DNA from: Pseudomonadota bacterium
Lineage (GTDB): Bacteria; UBA10199; 2-02-FULL-44-16; JAAZCA01
Assembly (NCBI GenBank): GCA_043822785.1
Contig: JBDRBN010000074.1
Location: forward strand, 203-64,202
DNA: 64,000 bases
Direction: 5' to 3'
The position numbers were made by a program, and so were the translations under genes. The notes beneath the pieces were generated by a model. That model was given only the letters and a program-made list of their open reading frames with translations. It was not told where the DNA came from and made no database searches. Below, one piece after another: positions 30,383 to 37,608 of the stretch (position 1 is its first letter; each line of letters starts with the position of its first letter).

Positions 30383-30455
30383 TCACCAGTAGAAAGCTGA
30401 TTGCTAATGGTATGCATAATTACCAGTAGGAATCAGCTTCCTATTGGTAGTTTCC
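30383..30455. repeat. direct repeat copy B (~73 bp), pairs with 26149-26220
   Basis: TCACCAGTAGAAAGCTGATTGCTAATGGTATGCATAATTACCAGTAGGAATCAGCTTCCTATTGGTAG. Confidence 0.6.
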
Positions 30456-30967
30456 ATATTTGCGTGATTCACAACTCCTCGAAAAATAGAGGATTCAATT
30501 ATGACAACTGTACAGAATCTGTACAGACTGTATCGATTCTGGTCAGTGTGGAATTCTTGAGAAGGAGGATGTGGTCACAAATTGTGACCAGTTCAGTGCA
30601 TATTCACCATAATATTTGTAATTTCAAGCGCTTACAATCTTGAGGTTCCAAATTGGAACCTCAAAGATGTTTTGAAGAGTTAGAAAAAACAGTTGCCACC
30701 CACGACAAAGCGATCTGCTCTTTATTTGATGCAATAAGAAAGCTGAGGGGGCGGGCTGCTTTCCGCCCCCTCACCCTGAGCGAAGCGCCTGGAAGGACGC
30801 GGAGTCGAAGGGTCCCCCTGCAACCAGTAAAACCTAAGCAAATTGGATTTATAAAAGGAAAAGATGGGTGACTTAGGGTTTCACCACAAATACGAAATTG
30901 GCACTGCTGTCGCGTTAGAGGTGTTAACTGGTTGAAATATAAGAATTCATTTTTCTCATGACTAGGT

Positions 30968-31052
30968 GTCATTGCGAGGAGCGTTTAGCGACGAAGCAAT
31001 CTCCCGCAAACACAGGTTATAAGGGGATTGCTTCGCTTTGCTCGCAATGACA
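30968..31052. repeat. palindromic REP/MITE-like element copy 1
   Basis: GTCATTGCGAGGAGC...CGACGAAGCAATCTCC...GGGGATTGCTTCG...GCTCGCAATGACA. Confidence 0.7.
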
Positions 31053-31123
31053 TCCATGAAAAACAAGCAGTTCTAACGCGACAGCAGTGGTTGCTTGGAA
31101 TTTGGAATTTAAAGTGAGTTTAA

Positions 31124-32032
31124 ATGAAAATCATATCAAAACAGGGTGATCCGAGCTTGGCTGAAGTTTACGTTGCCAGGTTCAGAGACGACGACATGTT
31201 CATGGCAGAGTTTGTGGATGCCCGCGACCCAAGCCTGCCCATAGATAAAAAATGGGTGATAATAGTTTCTACCCAGTTCGGATGCCCCATAGCTTGCCCC
31301 ATGTGCGATGCCGGCGGCGACTACGCGGGCGATCTGAAGGCAGAAGAGATTTTAGCACAAATTGATGCTGTGGTTGAAAAGCATGGGCCACACAGACTTG
31401 CCTCTGCAGAAAAATTTAAGATCCAGTTTGCCAGAATGGGAGAGCCATCACTCAACCCTGCGGTCCTTGATGTGCTTGGGGATCTGCCAGATCGTTATGG
31501 CGCGCCAGGGCTTATCCCGTGCATTGCCACATCAGCTCCGGCAAAGGCCAACGGCTGGTTTGAAAGGCTTAGGGAAATACGGCATGATATATATGATCAT
31601 AGACCCTTTCAGCTTCAGCTCTCAGCCAACTCCACTGACGAGGCTGCGCGCGACAGGCTTATGCCTGTTAAGAAGATGAGCCTTGAGGAGCTTAGCAATT
31701 ACGCTTCGTCCTTTTATCAAAAAGGAGGCAGAAAGATATCGCTCAACTTTGCGCTCACAAAGGGCATTGCTGTTGATCCTATCGTGATCTCAGATCTGTT
31801 TGATCCTGCCTGTACCTGTATAAAGATAACTCCTCTCAACCCCACCATGCGCTCAGAAGAATCCGGCATGGATACAGCTCTTCCACCCAATGCGCCGGAT
31901 GAGGCCAAGAACCTGTGTGATGATCTTATGCAAAGGGGCTTTGATGTGATCCTCTCTATCGGCGATGTGCGCGAAAACGAGATAGGCTCCAACTGCGGCA
32001 TGGCAGTGCGAAAAATGCGCGCAAATGCATAG
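31124..32032 (+). CDS. radical SAM protein (function unknown)
   Basis: FGCPIACPMC is a CxxxCxxC motif. 302 aa. Confidence 0.6.
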   Translation: MKIISKQGDPSLAEVYVARFRDDDMFMAEFVDARDPSLPIDKKWVIIVSTQFGCPIACPMCDAGGDYAGDLKAEEILAQIDAVVEKHGPHRLASAEKFKIQFARMGEPSLNPAVLDVLGDLPDRYGAPGLIPCIATSAPAKANGWFERLREIRHDIYDHRPFQLQLSANSTDEAARDRLMPVKKMSLEELSNYASSFYQKGGRKISLNFALTKGIAVDPIVISDLFDPACTCIKITPLNPTMRSEESGMDTALPPNAPDEAKNLCDDLMQRGFDVILSIGDVRENEIGSNCGMAVRKMRANA

Positions 32033-32117
32033 ATAGCACTTTTCATTGCTCCTGGCATGGTGTTCTGCTACATTTAGCAGTTAGTATCCAAACCAAAACC
32101 ACATAGGTGCCTAACTT

Positions 32118-33416
32118 ATGGAAATCATTACAGCATCCTTTGCCCTGCCCATGACGCAAGACAGCCCTGTGATTAGAGACGGGGCCATTGCAGTTGAGCT
32201 TGGGCGCATACACGCATTTGGAACCAGCCAGGACCTTCAGAAAAAATTTCCTCAGGCGGAGGTAAGGTCCTATCCAAAGGGCGTGCTCATGCCAGGGCTC
32301 ATAAATGCCCACTGCCATCTTGACCTGGTATCTTTTTATAATCCGCAGACATTTCCAACACCTGACGAGACACCTACTGAGGAGCCAGGGGATTTTATTC
32401 AGAACCTGCTCGACACCATTGATTTTAGGCATGATGCCTCGCCTGAGCAGACCATCGAAGGCATACAAAGAGGAATCAACCGCCTCATTGAAACCGGCGT
32501 AACGTGTGTTGGCGACATGACCAATTTTGAGGGCACGTTCAAACTATTGCGAGAAATTGGCCTTCGTGCAGTTGTATTTCCTGAAGTGCTGGCCGGACGA
32601 GGCGAGGCAGCCCAGCAAAAGTTTGAAGTGGCATTGGCGCTTTTAGAAAAATACACTGATATCTCACACAGCCGCATACAGGTGGGGTTGGGGCCATATG
32701 CGCCATACTTGCTCTCGCGCAATTTGCTCAAGATCATAAGCCAGCATGCGCGGGATGCATCGATTCCTTTAATGATTCATGCTGCTGAGACGTTTGCTGA
32801 AATGGAATTTTTCTTTGATTCACAGGGTCCAATAGCTACTGAAATCTTTCCGAACCTAGGCTGGCAGGAGCTACCTCCAGCCCAAAGGATGACACCAGTA
32901 ACCTATCTGGCTGAGATATCCTTTTTTGAAGCGCCAACTACCATCATAGGCGGCCTGCATCTTTCTGCAAAAGACTTTCCTCTCCTGGCTCGCCACTTGG
33001 CAAAGGTTGTGTGGTGCCCCACATACAACAGGCTCATGAAGAACGGCACTTTTCCATATGCAAAGCTTCATGAACACAGCATACCTATCGGACTTGGAAC
33101 AGAGTGCTGGATAGGCAGGATGGGTTTTAACATGTGGAATGAGATGCGCGTGGCAATTCAACCTGAAACAACACAGCCTCCGTCTGCGTGCGAAGCGGTT
33201 CGCATGGCCACAGTCGGCGGCGCACGCGCTTTGGGAGTTGATCACATCACAGGAACTCTAGAAGAGGGAAAGAAAGCAGACTTTATTATAGTAGAATCAC
33301 CGTCCTGGAGCGAAGGCGAAGGCAAAGACGCCCTGTATGCAAGGCTTGTGACAAATACAGAGCCGCACCATGTGCATCATGTGGTAGTGGGCGGAAATAT
33401 ACTGAAATCACTGTAA
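32118..33416 (+). CDS. amidohydrolase-family metal-dependent hydrolase/deaminase
   Basis: PGLINAHCHLDL metal-binding motif near the N-terminus and HAAE later, typical of amidohydrolase-superfamily deaminases. Confidence 0.8.
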   Translation: MEIITASFALPMTQDSPVIRDGAIAVELGRIHAFGTSQDLQKKFPQAEVRSYPKGVLMPGLINAHCHLDLVSFYNPQTFPTPDETPTEEPGDFIQNLLDTIDFRHDASPEQTIEGIQRGINRLIETGVTCVGDMTNFEGTFKLLREIGLRAVVFPEVLAGRGEAAQQKFEVALALLEKYTDISHSRIQVGLGPYAPYLLSRNLLKIISQHARDASIPLMIHAAETFAEMEFFFDSQGPIATEIFPNLGWQELPPAQRMTPVTYLAEISFFEAPTTIIGGLHLSAKDFPLLARHLAKVVWCPTYNRLMKNGTFPYAKLHEHSIPIGLGTECWIGRMGFNMWNEMRVAIQPETTQPPSACEAVRMATVGGARALGVDHITGTLEEGKKADFIIVESPSWSEGEGKDALYARLVTNTEPHHVHHVVVGGNILKSL

Positions 33417-33426
33417 AAGACTTAAT

Positions 33427-33520
33427 GTCATTGCGAGGAGTCCCGTTTTGCGGGACGACGAAGCAATCTCCGTGAGTAATGGAGATCGCCACGCCCGCTG
33501 TTAGCGGGCTCGCGATGACA
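33427..33520. repeat. palindromic REP/MITE-like element copy 2
   Basis: GTCATTGCGAGGAGTCCCG...CGACGAAGCAATCTCC...GGAGATCGCC...GCTCGCGATGACA. Confidence 0.7.
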
Positions 33521-33531
33521 ATCGGTTTATT

Positions 33532-34170
33532 ATGAAAAACATCTTCAAAAAATATTTTCTCGCAGGCTTGGCAGTGCTTCTGCCTTTGGTAATCACGCTT
33601 CTAATATTAAAATTTTTCATAGTGTCGGTTGACCAGCTTGTGATCTCTCTGTTGCCCAAGCGCATCCAGCCAAGCATGTTATTTGGAATAGACATACCAG
33701 GGTTTGGCTTCATAATTACAATCTTACTGATCCTCGCCATCGGAGTGTTCACCCGCCTATATGTAGGGCGAAAGTTTGTGCAACTGGGTGACCGCATCAT
33801 ATCCAAAATACCTATTGGAGCTGGAATATACAATGCCATGAAACAGTTCATGGGCACATTCATCTCAGATAAAGATCAGCAGTTTAAAAGCGTGGTAGTT
33901 GTGGAGTATCCCAGGAAGGGAAGCTGGGTTTTGGGTTTTGTAACAAAGAGCCCAGGCAAGCATATCCTAAACGTGGATGATAGAGAGTGGGTCACAATAT
34001 TTATACCCACAACCCCAAACCCCACATCCGGTTTTTTGATAATGACTCCTGCTGAAGAGACCAGAGCAGTAGATATAACCACAGACGAAGCCTTCAAGTT
34101 CATAATAAGCGGTGGATATATACAGAAGAAAAATGAATCCGCTTCCCTTAAACAAGCACCTGCCCCCTAA
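33532..34170 (+). CDS. DUF502-family membrane protein
   Basis: Two N-terminal TM helices and an architecture similar to DUF502 proteins. Confidence 0.55.
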   Translation: MKNIFKKYFLAGLAVLLPLVITLLILKFFIVSVDQLVISLLPKRIQPSMLFGIDIPGFGFIITILLILAIGVFTRLYVGRKFVQLGDRIISKIPIGAGIYNAMKQFMGTFISDKDQQFKSVVVVEYPRKGSWVLGFVTKSPGKHILNVDDREWVTIFIPTTPNPTSGFLIMTPAEETRAVDITTDEAFKFIISGGYIQKKNESASLKQAPAP

Positions 34171-34249
34171 AAAAGCGCTACGCGCTTTTTCGTAGTTCGT
34201 TTTTCGTAATTCGTTCTAGAGGCAAACTTTAAAATATATTAAAGCGCCT

Positions 34250-34723
34250 ATGAAAAAGAAAATACCAACAGACATAAAGATAATTGCAAAGAACAAGAAG
34301 GCATTCTTTGACTATCATATTGAAGACAAGTTCGAGGCCGGCCTTGTGCTTGAAGGCAGCGAGGTGAAGAGCCTAAGGGATGGAAAGGCATCTTTATCTG
34401 ACTCTTTTGCGATAATTAAGAATGCAGAAGTATGGCTGTTGCATGCGCACATTGCCCAGTATGCGCCAGCCTCATATGCAAATCACGAACCAAAAAGAGC
34501 GCGAAAGCTTTTGATGCATAAAGCCCAGATCATAAAGCTTACCACAAAGCTAAAGGAGCGTGGATATACGCTCGTGCCCACCATGATCTACTTCAAGAAA
34601 GGCAGGGCAAAGGTGGAATTAGGGGTTGCGCACGGCAAGCGCAAATATGATAAGAGGGCAGCAATAAAGGCACGAGAATCAAAGAGAGAACTATCAAAGG
34701 CGATGAAGCGGAAACATACGTAG
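34250..34723 (+). CDS. smpB: SsrA-binding protein
   Basis: FDYHIEDKFEAGLVLEGSEVKSLR is a conserved SmpB sequence. The tmRNA gene lies immediately downstream. Confidence 0.92.
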   Translation: MKKKIPTDIKIIAKNKKAFFDYHIEDKFEAGLVLEGSEVKSLRDGKASLSDSFAIIKNAEVWLLHAHIAQYAPASYANHEPKRARKLLMHKAQIIKLTTKLKERGYTLVPTMIYFKKGRAKVELGVAHGKRKYDKRAAIKARESKRELSKAMKRKHT

Positions 34724-34872
34724 ATGCAAGCAACGTAACCCCTCTACGTTTCTCGCTTTTCTCGCATGTCTCGCCTTTCTCGCTTTTGTGGTATAATATA
34801 GATGTAGCGGTTCTTTGATAATTGAATATGGTGGCGCCCCCCGAACACTCATCAGCCAGCTGGTGAGCGCTC

Positions 34873-35459
34873 GGGGGGCGAAGAGATTTCGACGTGGACG
34901 ATGGAGTATGCGCGGCATGCCGACCTGTCAGTAAGTCGATAAACTATTGGCAAAACCATTAAGTGCCGAGCCTATGGCTCTTGCTGCCTAACTATAGGTA
35001 GCACGTCAACCGGATGACGCCCGCTAATCCGGAAGACGCCGCTAGCGGGCTTTGCTCTCTCAAGTTCTCCCTGGCACGAAAGAGCAAGACCCAGCAGGGA
35101 TAGCTTAAGCGAAATTCTTTCCTTGGGAGCTCGGTTAAGCGAAACTAAATACAAGGAATAAGCATGTAGAAGCGCACATAAAATCTTCGCGGACGGGAGT
35201 GCGATCAAAGGTCGCCTCGGGAGGTAACTCCCGATGAAAAACCCGGCTTACATCAGGGAAACCCTACCCTTGCGTCGTTCCCGCAAGGCGGGCGATCCTG
35301 AGGGGTGAAAGCCCTGCAGAGACTGTAATGATAGAAGGTACTATCGGAAAACGATAAATCTAAACCTTCTATAATACGCTGGGCTCCCTGTTAAAGGGAT
35401 GAAGAGATAGTCCATGCCGCAATGAAAATTGCGGATCACATGTCTCCCCGCCTCCACCA
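34873..35459 (+). ncRNA. ssrA: tmRNA (ssrA), unusually long
   Basis: 5' GGGGGCGAAGAGATTTCGACG and 3' CGCCTCCACCA can form a 7 bp acceptor stem. An in-frame tag ORF GCA AAA CCA TTA AGT GCC GAG CCT ATG GCT CTT GCT GCC TAA (AKPLSAEPMALAA) lies at 34950-34991. Located directly downstream of smpB. No canonical GGTTCGA T-loop could be found, and the 587 nt length is atypical. Confidence 0.6.
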
Positions 35460-35461
35460 AA

Positions 35462-35505
35462 AAATAGCTCCGCTGATCAGCGGGGCTATTTTTTTATCCA
35501 ATTTC
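35462..35505 (+). terminator. rho-independent terminator after tmRNA
   Basis: AGCTCCGCTGATCAGCGGGGCT palindromic stem followed by ATTTTTTTAT. Confidence 0.55.
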
Positions 35506-35532
35506 TAATTTCTAATTTCAAAGATTTCAATT

Positions 35533-35657
35533 TAATTAGCTGGGAGGGCTGGTTTCGGTTCTAGCACCTCCAGCGGCTCCCCTTTCGCGGTCTCGCTGGA
35601 TGTGGACCCTGCCGCGTCCCGGTGATGAACCGAAACCAGCCCTCCCAGCTAATTAAG
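35533..35657. repeat. perfect 29 bp inverted repeats with 67 bp spacer (hairpin/MITE-like)
   Basis: TTAATTAGCTGGGAGGGCTGGTTTCGGTT ... AACCGAAACCAGCCCTCCCAGCTAATTAA. Confidence 0.8.
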
Positions 35658-35680
35658 CAACGAGCCCTGCCGTTGGTAAC

Positions 35681-35819
35681 GGGTTGTTGGAGATGTTTCG
35701 CGAGCGGCATCAGGAGGCGCTGTGATCTAAGCCTCTTATGCAACAGCGCCGGATGAGCAGGCGATGAGGCGGCGTGTGAGCCGAAGAGCCGTAGCGAGTG
35801 AGACATCTCCAACAACCCG
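35681..35819. repeat. 17 bp inverted repeats with ~105 bp spacer
   Basis: CGGGTTGTTGGAGATGT ... ACATCTCCAACAACCCG. Confidence 0.75.
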
Positions 35820-35929
35820 TCCATAACAAAAAGTGTCGACAGCGTTGAGATGAACGGTAGTTCAGCATACCAACAGCAATCGATCTCTAATTGGTTTTCC
35901 TTGTGTGTCATTTTTGGTAATAAGGAAAC

Positions 35930-36154
35930 ATGCTGCTCATCGCAACTGGACTGCTGTACTGGGATGTATTCATAAGCCTCGTTGGCGTGGGGTTTTTAAT
36001 GTACGGCAAGAAGCGGCCCGATTACCTTGCCATGGCTATTGGTTTGGCGCTCGCGGTTTACCCATACTTTGTTGGCAAAGTCGGCTGGAGCATCGCCATA
36101 GCCGTAGGCATCATAGCTTTATACATCTTCCTAAAGCGCGTCGTCCGCCTCTGA
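35930..36154 (+). CDS. small two-TM membrane protein (74 aa)
   Basis: ORF with two hydrophobic helices. Could be spurious. Confidence 0.3.
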   Translation: MLLIATGLLYWDVFISLVGVGFLMYGKKRPDYLAMAIGLALAVYPYFVGKVGWSIAIAVGIIALYIFLKRVVRL

Positions 36155-36185
36155 ACTCCAAAATTGATTTTGACGTATTTTCTTA

Positions 36186-36647
36186 TCATCCCACCGTTGA
36201 TTCATCATCCATATCTCTGCTGCGGATGCGCATTTCAAAAGTGAGCCCCATTACCCTTAACATTTTCTCTATCATAAAAAGGCTAGGAACCGTTTCTGCA
36301 TGTTCATACCTGGCATAGGCGTTTTTAGACTTAGCTTTTAATAGTCTTGCCATATCATTCTGGCTGAGTTCAGCTCTTGCGCGTTGACGTTTGAGAAGTA
36401 TCGCAATCAAATCCTTTTCGCTCTGTTCGTCCCTTCCGCGAAGCAAAAAAGTATTATTTCTGTGTTTGGCAATATCTGCTTTAAAATTCTTTCGGTTAGC
36501 TGCTGTCTTTAAGAGATCTACGAGCATATCATAGGCATCATCTTTTGTTTGCCCTTGGGTCATAAGATCAAGGTCCGGAACCTCAATTATCCACAATTTG
36601 CCTTCCTTATAAACTCGGCCTCGAAACATAGTCTTTGCTCCTTTCAC
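36186..36647 (-). CDS. hicB: HicB-family antitoxin with C-terminal HTH
   Basis: N-terminal HicB/UPF0150-like domain (KEGKLWIIEVPDLDLMTQGQTKDDAYDML). C-terminal XRE-type HTH. Overlaps hicA by 4 bp. Confidence 0.75.
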   Translation of the reverse strand: MKGAKTMFRGRVYKEGKLWIIEVPDLDLMTQGQTKDDAYDMLVDLLKTAANRKNFKADIAKHRNNTFLLRGRDEQSEKDLIAILLKRQRARAELSQNDMARLLKAKSKNAYARYEHAETVPSLFMIEKMLRVMGLTFEMRIRSRDMDDESTVG

Positions 36648-36859
36648 TCACCTGGATTTTCACTGACTTTCTTTAATATCTTCTTCGCAAGCCCTTCCCC
36701 AATTTCACTGTGCCGTGGGACATATTCTTCGATTTCTCCGTTTGTCCATACATCGTGCTTTCCACCCGATCTTAAGAACCACCATCTATATTTTCTGAGT
36801 CTTTTCTCGAGATCCCTTTTCTTCATATCAAATATACACAAATATGTGTACCCTTTCAA
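36644..36859 (-). CDS. hicA: HicA-family toxin (mRNA interferase)
   Basis: 71 aa. GKHDVWTNG...VPRHSEI is typical of HicA/YcfA. Confidence 0.75.
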   Translation of the reverse strand: MKGYTYLCIFDMKKRDLEKRLRKYRWWFLRSGGKHDVWTNGEIEEYVPRHSEIGEGLAKKILKKVSENPGE

Positions 36860-36883
36860 TAATATTTTCAGTTATGCCTTTCC

Positions 36884-37588
36884 TCACACCCTTATCCTCA
36901 CGATCTTCTTAAGCCATAGGGCGCCGAGGAGCTCTAAGAATAGGGCAAAGAGGAGTAATTTTTTGCCTGTGCTTGTTGAAAACAGAGGTTCGATAAAATC
37001 AGGTGCAAGAAGGTGAAGCGCTAATGCCATAAACCATGGAAGGGCAAGGAGCGTGATCGCTTGCGTTACTCCCTGCGCGGTGAGCGAGCGCACCTTGTCT
37101 GCGACCCTCTTGCGCTCATCGATGGTTTCGATGAGCGTATCAAAGCTCTCGACCAAATTGCCGCCTGTGCGCCTTAGCACTTCTATTGATCTTACAAATA
37201 GCGCGATGTCCTCGCTTGGCACTCTGGCCTCAAGTGAGGATAGCGCCTCGTCAACTGTGTTACCTAATTTTATTTGAGAACTGGCGCGCGACATCTCCTC
37301 ACCCAGCACGCCTCCCAACTCTTTGCCGGCCATATCTATTGCCTGGGGCATGGATAGCCCTGCTTTGAGCGCGCTGCGCATTAGCGCCAATGCATCTGGA
37401 AGCTTAGCGTCTGCGCGAGATGTTCTCCTGGTGCGCCATAAGCGATTGATCAAACTGGTAATCGTTTCTCGTTTCTTCTGATAAAACAGTTTCAGGCGAG
37501 ATGACCTGCTTGTAACAAAATTAAGAGCTGCATATGCAGCGACCGTGCAGCAGAAGAGGAAAAGGAATTTAAAAATAATAGAGTACAT
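36884..37588 (-). CDS. T2SSF-domain protein (TadB/TadC)
   Basis: ALMRSALKAGLSMPQAIDMAG...IEVLRRTGGNL is a GspF-domain sequence. Three TM helices. Confidence 0.75.
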   Translation of the reverse strand: MYSIIFKFLFLFCCTVAAYAALNFVTSRSSRLKLFYQKKRETITSLINRLWRTRRTSRADAKLPDALALMRSALKAGLSMPQAIDMAGKELGGVLGEEMSRASSQIKLGNTVDEALSSLEARVPSEDIALFVRSIEVLRRTGGNLVESFDTLIETIDERKRVADKVRSLTAQGVTQAITLLALPWFMALALHLLAPDFIEPLFSTSTGKKLLLFALFLELLGALWLKKIVRIRV

Positions 37589-37608
37589 ACATTATCTCAT
37601 ATGCTCTT

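Noticed and set aside
34873-35459. Two-piece (permuted) tmRNA
   Set aside because: The 5' GGGG acceptor strand precedes the tag ORF and CCA is at the far 3' end, which is the standard gene order. In permuted genes the order is reversed.
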